Translations under genes and position numbers: made by a program
Shown here: one piece after another, positions 20,556-29,046 of the stretch
How positions within the stretch are numbered: position 1 is the first letter of the stretch
How the letters are laid out: every line of letters starts with the position of its first letter
Notes under the pieces: model-generated
Told to the model about the DNA's origin: nothing
The model's input: the letters and a program-made list of their open reading frames with translations, nothing else
The model's database searches: none
Origin: an uncultured delta proteobacterium
Lineage (GTDB): Bacteria > Myxococcota_A > Polyangia > Polyangiales > JAFGIB01
Assembly: GCA_963778655.1 (NCBI GenBank)
Contig: CAVZVA010000003.1
Location: forward strand, 160,001-224,000
Length of the DNA stretch: 64,000 nt
Direction: 5' to 3'

Positions 20556-23078
20556 TCAGCGTTGCCAGAGCACGAAGTCGAGCTCGAGCGGGATGGCCGC
20601 CGCAGGGTGATACGGCACGATCCGCGCCGTGTAGTCCGCGGCCGGGCGCCGGTCGGAGACCTCGGCCTCGTACACGTAGCCGGCGCTGGCCCCGGTGAGC
20701 TCGGCGACGCGACGCATCGGCGTCCGCGCGGGGCCCTCGCCGTCGCGCGGGTCGGCGTAGAGCTCGAGCACGACCTGCTCCTTGGGGAGGTCGTCGAGAT
20801 AGACCTGCACGCGGAAATGGTGGCAGCCTTCGCCTTGCTCCACGCTCAGCTCGCCGAAGCGCAGCTGCATGGCGCGCGTCGCGAGCGAAGCGCGAAACCC
20901 CACCAGCTCGCGCGCGAGCGAACAGCGCTCGGCGGCCCGCGCGTGAAAGGCCGCGGCCCCCGGCGCGTAGAAGCGCTCGGTGTACTCGCGCAGCATGCGA
21001 TCCGCGGAGAAGCGCGGCGTCAGTCGTCCCATGCTGGCGCGCATGCGCGCGACCCAAGCCGCAGGCACGCCGCGCTCGTCGCGCTGATAGTACGCGGGCA
21101 CGACTTCCTGCTCGAGCAACCGGTACATCGCGTCGGCCTGCAGCGCATCCAGCTCGGCATCGTCGCGCGCCTCGGGTGCGTCGGGCAGTGCCCAGCCCAG
21201 CTCGGGTGCGTAGGCCTCGGCCCACCAGCCATCCAGCACCGAGAGATTGAGCCCGCCGTTGACCAGCACCTTCATGCCGCTGGTCCCGCTGGCCTCCCAG
21301 GGACGGCGCGGGGTGTTGATCCAGAGGTCGACGCCCTGCACCAGCTCGGCGGCCAGCGCCAGGTCGTAGTCCTCGAGCAGCACCACGCGCTGGCAAGCGC
21401 GCTCGCTGCGCAGAAAATCGCTCCAGGCGCGCAGCAGGCGCTTGCCGCGCGCATCCTGCGGGTGAGCCTTGCCGGCGAGGATCAGCTGCACCGGGCGCGC
21501 CGAATCGCCCAGCAGACGAGCCAGGCGTGCGGGGTCGTGCAGCAACAGGTTGGGTCGCTTGTACGCGGTGAAGCGCCGTGCGAAGCCGAGCGTCAGCACG
21601 TCGGGGTCGAGCGCAGCGGCGCAGCGCGCGATCTCGTCGCGGCCGGCGCCGTGCGCGGCGTGCTGGCGCGCGAAACGGCGGCGCACCGACTCGACCAACT
21701 GCCGCCGCCCCGCGCTGCGCATCGTCCACAGCGCGGCGTCCTCGACGCCGGCCAGGCTCTTCTCCACGCCGTCGGTCGCGCCGAGCCAGGGCGTCCGTCC
21801 GCAGGCGCCCACGAACAGCGCGTCGGCGCCCTCCGAGTCCCACGACGGCACGTGCACGCCGTTGGTGACGTGCTCCACCGGGACCTCGCACAGCGGGCGG
21901 CGCGGAAACAGCGGCGCGAACAGCGCGCGGCTGACCGCGCCGTGCAACCGGCTCACCCCGTTGACGAAGCCCGCGCCGCGCAGCGCCAGGTACGCGGTGA
22001 CGAAGGGCCCTCTGGCATCCTCCGGGTCGGCGCGACCGAGCGCGAGCAGCTGCGGCAGGGCGAGACCCAGGCTCTCGGCATAGCCGCCCAGATACTGGCC
22101 CACCAGCTCCGGCGGAAAGTAGTCGAAACCGCTGGCCACGGGCGTGTGCGTGGTGAAGACATTGCCGGCACGGGTCGCGCACAGCGCGATCTCGAAGGGC
22201 TGGCCGGCGCGCGCCATGAATGTGCGCGCGCGCTCCAGCACCGCGAACGCGGCATGGCCCTCGTTGAGATGGCACACGTCGCAGTCGAGCCCCAGCGCCT
22301 GCAACGCGCGGAAGCCGCCGATGCCGAGCACCAGCTCCTGCTGCAGCCGCAGCTCGCTGCCGCCGCCGTACAGCTCGCCGGTGATGCCGCGATCGCTCGG
22401 CGCGTTGAGCGGGTCGTTGCTGTCGAGCAGGTAGAGCTTCACGCGGCCGACCTGGGCCTGCCAGATGCGCAGACGCAGCGCGCGCCCCGGTAGCTCGAGC
22501 GTGACGCACAGCCAGGTTCCGCCCGGGGTCAAGGCCGGAGTGACCGGCAGCATGAGCGGATCGTTGTAGGGGAAGAACTCGAGCTGCTCGCCGCTGGCGG
22601 TCAGAGCCTGGCGGAAGTAGCCCTGCTGGTAGAGCAGCCCCATGCCCACGATCGGCACGCCCAGATCGCTCGCGGTCTTGAGCAAGTCGCCGGCGAGCAC
22701 CCCGAGGCCGCCGGAGTAGATCGGCAGCGCCTGGTCGAGCGCGAACTCCATGCTGAAGTAGGCGACCTGCACCAGCGGCTCGCCGGCGCGCGCGTCGGCG
22801 TACCAGCTGCGGCGTCCCAGGTATTGCTCGCGCAGCACGAGCTGAGCCTGCAGATCGCCCAGCAGCTCTCGATCCTCGGCCAGCTCCTCCAGCCGCGCGT
22901 CGCCCAGGCTCTCCAGGATCAACCAGGGGTTACGGGTCAGCTCCCAGATCTCCGGGTCGAGACGTTGCCACAGCCGGTCGCTCTCGCCGCTCCAGCTCCA
23001 GCGCAGGTCGAGCGCGAGCGTGACAAGCCCCGCAAGGGCCGGCGGCAGGGGACGGGGCAGGTAGTGTGCCGATTGCAT
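20556..23078 (-). CDS. glgP: Alpha-glucan (glycogen/maltodextrin) phosphorylase, GT35
   Basis: AYFSMEF, YSGGLGVLAGD, HLNEGH, FARRFTAYKR, AGKAHP and PLP-lysine motif EASGTSGMK. Confidence 0.95.
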   Translation of the reverse strand: MQSAHYLPRPLPPALAGLVTLALDLRWSWSGESDRLWQRLDPEIWELTRNPWLILESLGDARLEELAEDRELLGDLQAQLVLREQYLGRRSWYADARAGEPLVQVAYFSMEFALDQALPIYSGGLGVLAGDLLKTASDLGVPIVGMGLLYQQGYFRQALTASGEQLEFFPYNDPLMLPVTPALTPGGTWLCVTLELPGRALRLRIWQAQVGRVKLYLLDSNDPLNAPSDRGITGELYGGGSELRLQQELVLGIGGFRALQALGLDCDVCHLNEGHAAFAVLERARTFMARAGQPFEIALCATRAGNVFTTHTPVASGFDYFPPELVGQYLGGYAESLGLALPQLLALGRADPEDARGPFVTAYLALRGAGFVNGVSRLHGAVSRALFAPLFPRRPLCEVPVEHVTNGVHVPSWDSEGADALFVGACGRTPWLGATDGVEKSLAGVEDAALWTMRSAGRRQLVESVRRRFARQHAAHGAGRDEIARCAAALDPDVLTLGFARRFTAYKRPNLLLHDPARLARLLGDSARPVQLILAGKAHPQDARGKRLLRAWSDFLRSERACQRVVLLEDYDLALAAELVQGVDLWINTPRRPWEASGTSGMKVLVNGGLNLSVLDGWWAEAYAPELGWALPDAPEARDDAELDALQADAMYRLLEQEVVPAYYQRDERGVPAAWVARMRASMGRLTPRFSADRMLREYTERFYAPGAAAFHARAAERCSLARELVGFRASLATRAMQLRFGELSVEQGEGCHHFRVQVYLDDLPKEQVVLELYADPRDGEGPARTPMRRVAELTGASAGYVYEAEVSDRRPAADYTARIVPYHPAAAIPLELDFVLWQR

Positions 23079-23082
23079 CGGT

Positions 23083-23637
23083 CTAGATTCTCACGCGCGC
23101 GCTAGGGCGCAGCGGCCCGCGCTCGAGCAGATAGAACAGCAGCAGACCGAGCTCCCAGAACAGCAGCACCAGGAGCCACGGGTCGACCCCGAGCTGGCGT
23201 GCGAGCGTGATCGGACCGAGGTGTACGGGGTTCGCCAGCAAGGGGAAGACCTTTTCGTAACCGAAACCAAACAGGAGCGCGCCGGCGTACAGGCCGAGCC
23301 CGCCCGGGATGATGTAGTCGAGCCGACCTTCGCCCGCGCCCGCGGCGACCGTGCCGGGGCAGAAGCCGGCCACGGCCATGCCCACCCCGAAGACCAGACC
23401 ACCGACCAGGTTACCGATCAAGTAGGTATCCGCCACCGGCACGACGACGCTCAGGCGCAGCGCGACCAGGCTCTGGGTGCCTAGCATCGATACCATCAAT
23501 GCGCTCATCAGGAATTTGAGCACGGTGAAATCGCTGAAACGAAACACGTTGACGATGGTTTCGTAGCGCCCGAGGCGGCCCTTCTGGAGCACGAAGCCGA
23601 AACAGAAGCCGAGCACCAGCGGGACGAGCGTGTGCAT
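23083..23637 (-). CDS. YeeE/YedE family sulfur-compound transporter subunit
   Basis: GFCFGFVLQK...GGLVFGVGMAVAGFCPGT; Gly-rich TM helices; true start is MHTLVP within ORF 23083..24135. Confidence 0.88.
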   Translation of the reverse strand: MHTLVPLVLGFCFGFVLQKGRLGRYETIVNVFRFSDFTVLKFLMSALMVSMLGTQSLVALRLSVVVPVADTYLIGNLVGGLVFGVGMAVAGFCPGTVAAGAGEGRLDYIIPGGLGLYAGALLFGFGYEKVFPLLANPVHLGPITLARQLGVDPWLLVLLFWELGLLLFYLLERGPLRPSARVRI

Positions 23638-23639
23638 GC

Positions 23640-24167
23640 TCAGCTCCGGGGTCGCGCGCGATACAGAAAGCGCGCGGTGGGGATGCCGCCGGCGAACATG
23701 GCCGCCATGAACACGAACGCGCCCGGCGCGAGCACCGCTCCGCCCGAGACTGCCAGGCTGGCCGTGCAGCCGCCCGCGATGCCGGCGGCGAGCTCGATCA
23801 GCAAGGTGCCGGCAAGCACGATCAGCCAGCGCTTGGCGACGCTGGGGCCGAACACCTCGACCCACTGGCTGTCGGGCATGCTGCGCAGCCGAAACTCTCG
23901 CCCCAGCAGCGCGGACGCGAGCGCACCACAGAACGTGCCTACCGCGAGTAGCACCTCCCAGCTCAGGCCCACCGGCAGCACGTAGCGGAAATACACGCTG
24001 GAAGGGTCGAGCAGGCGGCCCGCGTAGCCGGACAGGTGCTGGTACGCACCCGCGCCGCTGAGACGCTTGCCGAAGACCGCCAGCGAGATGGTGGTGGTCA
24101 GGCCGAGACCGGCGCCCGCCGCGTAGGGCGACCACGAGCTGCGCCTGAGCACGCTGCCGGCGCTCAT
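23640..24167 (-). CDS. YeeE/YedE family sulfur-compound transporter subunit
   Basis: WSPYAAGAGLG...WEVLLAVGTFCGALASA...IAGGCTAS motif; start MSAGSV with GAGG RBS. Confidence 0.85.
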   Translation of the reverse strand: MSAGSVLRRSSWSPYAAGAGLGLTTTISLAVFGKRLSGAGAYQHLSGYAGRLLDPSSVYFRYVLPVGLSWEVLLAVGTFCGALASALLGREFRLRSMPDSQWVEVFGPSVAKRWLIVLAGTLLIELAAGIAGGCTASLAVSGGAVLAPGAFVFMAAMFAGGIPTARFLYRARPRS

Positions 24168-24255
24168 GGCCACACCTCGCTGCCCGGCTCGCGTGCCCGC
24201 GCGTTGTCCTTCGGCCTCGCGTCCGAGGCTTGCAGTCGCCGTGACACAGAGCCTC

Positions 24256-24774
24256 TCATGCGGGCGGCTGCCGCTGGCCGGCGTGCCGGCGCAGCCGCCG
24301 CTCGTTGCGCGCCACATAGCCGGCGCCAAGCGCGCCCAGCAGCAGCTCGCTGCCGGCCAGCACGACGTTGGCCCAGGGCACGGCGCCGGCGTCGGGTTGG
24401 CCGGCGGCAAGCGCGCGCGCTGCCGCGCGCGGCGGCGGAGGGTGCCGCAAGTAGGTGTCGGCCAGCGCGGCGGCATTGCCGGGATGGCAGGGTCCACAGC
24501 GGGTGTCGATCTCCGCCAGCGGAGAGGTCACGCCGCGGTGCGCGCTCGCCTTGTCCACGGCCTCGGGGTTTCCGCCGTGGCACCGCGGGCAGAAGTCGCC
24601 GAACGCGTGGTCGGCGTGCCACGGGGAGCCGCCCATCAGCACCGGCCGCGCGCCGGCAACCTCGTGGCAGTTGCGGCACTGGGACAGCGTAGCGCCGCAT
24701 TGCGCGTGCGATGCGCTCGCCGTCAGCATGATCATCGCCAGCACCCATGCGCTCACTCTCACCTGGGGGCCCAT
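24256..24774 (-). CDS. Small triheme c-type cytochrome with signal peptide and C-terminal membrane anchor
   Basis: Hidden at the end of ORF 24256..27264: signal peptide ending SHA; CRNCH, CPRCH and CGPCH; extra His residues; hydrophobic C-terminal helix followed by RNERRLRR. An alternative GTG start at 24837 overlaps the nrdJ stop. Confidence 0.85.
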   Translation of the reverse strand: MGPQVRVSAWVLAMIMLTASASHAQCGATLSQCRNCHEVAGARPVLMGGSPWHADHAFGDFCPRCHGGNPEAVDKASAHRGVTSPLAEIDTRCGPCHPGNAAALADTYLRHPPPPRAAARALAAGQPDAGAVPWANVVLAGSELLLGALGAGYVARNERRLRRHAGQRQPPA

Positions 24775-24833
24775 CCCCGCCGATACATACGCACCTGCGG
24801 ACGGGCGCAACGCGGCGAGCGCGGCGCGCGCCG

Positions 24834-26603
24834 TCACAACTTGCACTCGCCGGGGTCGCACTTGGCCCCGTGCTCGTGCTCGAAGGGTTCCTCGCCGACG
24901 CCCAGCTCCAGCACCTGGCTGGGCTTGCTCTGATGCCGAAACACGGTGATGCCCTTGAGCCCGAGCTCGAAGGCGCGCTGATAAATGCGCGCCACGTCGG
25001 CGGGCGTGGCCGAGTGCGGCAGGTTGATGGTCTTGGACACCGAGTTGTCGACATGGCGCTGGAACGCCGCCTGGATGCGCAGGTGGCGCTCGGGCGAGAT
25101 CTCCAGCGCGGTCACGAACAGGCGCTTGAGCGCGTCGGGTGCGGCTTCCACCTCGCCGAGCCGGCCGCGTTGTTCCACCTGCTCGAGCACGCGCTCGGCG
25201 TCGGCGCCGAGCCGCGACAGCGCCGGCAGCAAAAGCGGGCTCACCTCGCGCAGCGGCGGGCCGCCCAGGCGGTGGCTGCGCCGGTAAGCCAGCGCGAACA
25301 GCGGCTCGATGCCGGCGCTGGTGCCGGCCAGGATGCCGATCGTGCCGGTGGGCGCGATCGCCGTGCGGGTGGCATTGCGCAGTGGCGTCTGCCCCGCATA
25401 GATGCTGCGCGGGAAGGCCGGAAACGGGCCGCGCTGCTCGGCCAGCGCCCGCGACGCCGCCAGCGCTTCCTCGGCGACGACCTGCATGATCTGCTCGGCG
25501 AGCGCCTCGGCGCGGTCGGAGTCGTACGAAACACCCAGCCGCAGCAATGCCTCGGCGAAGCCCATCAGACCCAGACCGAGCTTGCGGTTCCTCGCGGTCT
25601 GCTGCGCGATCTGCGGTACCGGCAAACGGTTCACCTCGACCACGTCGTCGAGAAAGCGCAACGCGGTGCGCGTGGTCTCCCGCAGCTTGTTCCAGTCGAT
25701 GGCCGCGGCGTCGCCCTCGCCGTGACTCGGGAGCAGCATGCGCGCCAGGTTGATCGAGCCGAGGTTGCACGCCTCGTAGGGCAGCAGCGGCACCTCGCCG
25801 CAGGGGTTGGTGGCCTCGATGCGGCCTTGCTCGGGCGTCGGGTTCGCGCGCTCGATCGCGTCGAGAAACAAGAGCCCAGGATCGCCCCCGCGCCAGGCCG
25901 CCTGGGCGATGGCGTCGAACAGCTCGCGGGCAGCGATGTGGCCGCTGACCGCGCCGGTGCGGGGATGGCGCAGCGGCTGGGTCGCACCCTCGCGGACGGC
26001 GCGCATGAACGCATCGGTCACGCCGACCGAAAGGTTGACGCTGGTCAGCGCGTCCGGCTCGAGCTTGGCGCGCACGAAGTCGAGCACGTCGGGATGATCG
26101 CAACGCAGCACGGCCATGTTGGCGCCGCGCCGCTTGCCGCCCTGCGCCACCTCCTGGCTGACGGCGTCGAACACGCGCAGAAAGCCGAGCGGCCCCGCGG
26201 CGTGCCCGCCTGTTCTGAGCACGAGGTCGCCCGCCGGGCGCAAGCGCGAGAAGCTGAAGCCAGTGCCGCCGCCCGCGCTCTGCACCAGCGCCATGTCCTT
26301 GATGCTCTCGAAGATGCCCTCGATCGAGTCCGTGACCGGGAGCACGAAGCAGGCCGAAAGCTGCCCGCACGAGGTGCCCGCGTTCATCAGCGTGGGGCTG
26401 TTGGGCAGAAACTCCAGGCTGCGCAGCAGGCGCAGGAAGCGCTCGCCAAAGCGCGCGCGCTCGGGCGCGGGCTCGGCCGCAGCCACCGCGCCCGCCACGC
26501 GCTCGAACAGCTGCTCCGGGGTCTCGCGGATCTCGCCCTGCTCGTCGCGGCGCAGGTAGCGCGCCTGCAGCACGCGCAACGCGCTCGGGGTCAGCGCGGG
26601 CAT
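24834..26603 (-). CDS. nrdJ: Class II (adenosylcobalamin-dependent) ribonucleotide reductase
   Basis: FLPNSPTLMNAG, LSACFV, GGGTG, RRGANM, TNPCGE, EACNLGSINL, IAPTGT and VSKTIN; C-terminal CDPGEC; no adjacent R2 gene. Confidence 0.92.
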   Translation of the reverse strand: MPALTPSALRVLQARYLRRDEQGEIRETPEQLFERVAGAVAAAEPAPERARFGERFLRLLRSLEFLPNSPTLMNAGTSCGQLSACFVLPVTDSIEGIFESIKDMALVQSAGGGTGFSFSRLRPAGDLVLRTGGHAAGPLGFLRVFDAVSQEVAQGGKRRGANMAVLRCDHPDVLDFVRAKLEPDALTSVNLSVGVTDAFMRAVREGATQPLRHPRTGAVSGHIAARELFDAIAQAAWRGGDPGLLFLDAIERANPTPEQGRIEATNPCGEVPLLPYEACNLGSINLARMLLPSHGEGDAAAIDWNKLRETTRTALRFLDDVVEVNRLPVPQIAQQTARNRKLGLGLMGFAEALLRLGVSYDSDRAEALAEQIMQVVAEEALAASRALAEQRGPFPAFPRSIYAGQTPLRNATRTAIAPTGTIGILAGTSAGIEPLFALAYRRSHRLGGPPLREVSPLLLPALSRLGADAERVLEQVEQRGRLGEVEAAPDALKRLFVTALEISPERHLRIQAAFQRHVDNSVSKTINLPHSATPADVARIYQRAFELGLKGITVFRHQSKPSQVLELGVGEEPFEHEHGAKCDPGECKL

Positions 26604-26605
26604 GA

Positions 26606-27264
26606 TCACGCGGGGGCGCGGCACCGGCCGCGGCGGTGCCGGCGATTGCCGCCGCCAGCTCGTCGACGAAGCGGTCGAGCGCCACCCAGTCGGTGTACTC
26701 GTAGTCGCGCGAGGTGTCGGTGTCGCCGCCCTCGCTCTTGGTAATGCGCTTCATCACGAAGCGCATCAGCACGTTGTAGCGGGTGTAGAGCAAGGCGCCG
26801 GCGACCGGCTTGACCCGCACAGGATGCCAGCCGGTCTGCTCGAAGAACTCGTCGATCATGCGGCGCACGTCCGCCTCGGCCCTTGCGCGCTTGTCGGCGG
26901 GCCGGTCGGGCTGCTCGACCCCGGCCTCGCTCAAGCTGACCGAGAGAAACGCCGCGGGCAGCCGCTCGAGCTCGGCGCGGCGGTGCTTGACGAACTGCAC
27001 CAGCTCGGGCTCGTGGCGGCCGCGATGCACGGAGCCGGCGACCACCACGCCGTCATAGGCGAAAAGATCGAGCGCTTGATCATGGCGATCGAGGCGGTGA
27101 ACATCGGCGCCGAAGCCCTGCACGCGGAGCTCGGCGGCCACGTGCTCGGCCACCCGCCCGGTGTGGCCCTCGCGCGTGGCGTAGAGCACCATGACCCGCT
27201 TGCCGGCGGCGGGGCGGACCGCGGCGCGGCTCGCAGGTTCCTCTGTCTGTGGCGTCGGTTGCAT
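26606..27264 (-). CDS. hemG: HemG-like flavodoxin (menaquinone-dependent protoporphyrinogen oxidase family); stop codon apparently lost to a 1-nt indel
   Basis: VLYATREGHT, AGSVHRGRH, AFLSVSL, AGALLYTRY and DTSRDYEYTDW. The expected TGA (26608-26606) is one frame off, just after a C5 run. Confidence 0.8.
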
Positions 27265-27525
27265 GGCGTCGCCTCCGGGCCGAAATGGTCGAGCAGAAGA
27301 GGACCCGACGGAAAGCCCGGATCTGTCTCGTCCTTCCCGCCTTCCTGTCGTGCGGTTGAATCCTCGGGGCTATCACCCCGGATGCCCAAATGACGTAGGC
27401 CCCGTTTCGCCGCAGGCCAGGGCCACGAGCGCGGGCGAGCAACCGCGCGGAGGCCTTGTCACGCAGCATCCCGCGCGTAGGTCCGAGCGTGGGCGTGGGG
27501 CGCGCAGGCCCCCGCCGAGGAAGAG

Positions 27526-28986
27526 ATGACCCACCCGCCCATGCCCGAGCTGGTCGATGGGCTGCCGAATCTGTGCGGCTCGGAGGATTTGATCGCCGAG
27601 ACCATGGCGGCGTCCGGTCCGGGCTACTTGCGCGACAGCCGGGTTGCGTTCGATCGCATCGCCGCGGGTTTCGCCTGCGCGCTGCACATGCACCAGCCCT
27701 TGATTCCGGCGGGCGGCGATGAGCTGCACAGCGCGCGGATCATCAGCAATCTGCAGCACATGCAAGAGCACCCCAACGTCGGAGACAACCACAACGCGCC
27801 GGTCTTTCGCTGGTGCTACCGGCGCATGGGCGAGCTCATCCCCCAGCTGCGGGGTGCAGGACACGATCCCCGCATGATGCTCGATTACTCGGGCTGCCTG
27901 CTGTACGGGCTGCGCGCGATGGGCGCGGACGACGTGCTCGACGCGTTGCAGCTACTCACCTCTGATCCGGCCAACCGCCACTGCGTCGAATGGCTGGGCA
28001 CGGCCTGGGGCCACGCGGTCGCGCCGTCGACGCCCGTGCAGGACTTCCGGCTGCACGTGCGCGCGTGGCAGCACCACTTCGCGGCCATCTTCGGCCTGGA
28101 AGCATTGAGCCGGGTGCGCGGCTTCTCGCCGCCGGAGATGGCGCTGCCCAATCACCCGGACGTTTGCTACGAATTCGTCAAGACCCTGGTGGACTGCGGC
28201 TACCGCTGGGTATTGGTACAGGAGCACACAGTGGAGCGCGAGGACGGCAGCCCGCTGCAGCAGCCGCACCTGCCGCACCGGCTGGTGGCGCGAAGCTCGC
28301 GTGGACTGAGCGCCAGCATCGTCGCGCTGGTCAAGACCCAGGGCAGCGATACCAAGCTGGTCGGGCAGATGCAGCCCTACTACGAGGCCAAGGGCCTCGG
28401 GCGGGTGGGGCTAGGCGGCCGGTCCGTGCCCCAGCTGGTCACGCAGATCGCGGACGGCGAGAACGGCGGCGTGATGATGAACGAGTTTCCGCCGAAATAT
28501 CTGGACGTGATGGCGGAGGCCTCGGGCAGCCACGTGCCTCCGCTCAACGCCGGCGAGTACCTGGACTACCTCGAGAGCACGGGCATCCGCCCGGGCGATC
28601 TTCCGGCCATTCAGCCGGTGATGCAGCACCGCGTGTGGGAGCGCTTTGCCGCGGGCGCGGGTCCACAGGCGCTGGCCAAGGTGATCGCGGAGCTGCGGGA
28701 AGCCGACCACCGGGTGCACATGGAAGGCGGCAGCTGGACCAACGACATCTCCTGGGTGCGCGGCTACGAGCAGCTGCTCGGCCCGATGGAGCAGTCGAGC
28801 GCGCTGTTCGCGCGCAAGGTGCTGCAGGCCGGCGTGCCGAGCTCGGAAGCCCGCTACCGCAACGCGCTGTTCCACCTGCTGACCAGCCAGACCAGCTGCT
28901 ACCGCTACTGGGGCCAGGGCATCTGGACCGACTACGGCCGCGAGATCATCCGCCGCACCACGGCCATCCTGGAGCACGACTTTTGA
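27526..28986 (+). CDS. Glycoside hydrolase family 57-like protein
   Basis: LHMHQP, GTAWGH, GFSPPEM (nucleophile region), IADGENGG (acid/base region) and SQTSCYRYWG. Confidence 0.85.
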   Translation: MTHPPMPELVDGLPNLCGSEDLIAETMAASGPGYLRDSRVAFDRIAAGFACALHMHQPLIPAGGDELHSARIISNLQHMQEHPNVGDNHNAPVFRWCYRRMGELIPQLRGAGHDPRMMLDYSGCLLYGLRAMGADDVLDALQLLTSDPANRHCVEWLGTAWGHAVAPSTPVQDFRLHVRAWQHHFAAIFGLEALSRVRGFSPPEMALPNHPDVCYEFVKTLVDCGYRWVLVQEHTVEREDGSPLQQPHLPHRLVARSSRGLSASIVALVKTQGSDTKLVGQMQPYYEAKGLGRVGLGGRSVPQLVTQIADGENGGVMMNEFPPKYLDVMAEASGSHVPPLNAGEYLDYLESTGIRPGDLPAIQPVMQHRVWERFAAGAGPQALAKVIAELREADHRVHMEGGSWTNDISWVRGYEQLLGPMEQSSALFARKVLQAGVPSSEARYRNALFHLLTSQTSCYRYWGQGIWTDYGREIIRRTTAILEHDF

Positions 28987-29046
28987 GGCCAACCTGGAGT
29001 CGTACGCCGCGGTCGCGGCGGGCCCGCAACCAGCGCCCGCCGCGGG

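Noticed and set aside
27265..27525. Possible cobalamin riboswitch upstream of hemG-nrdJ
   Set aside because: Only a GGGAAGG fragment; the conserved core and B12 box were not found.
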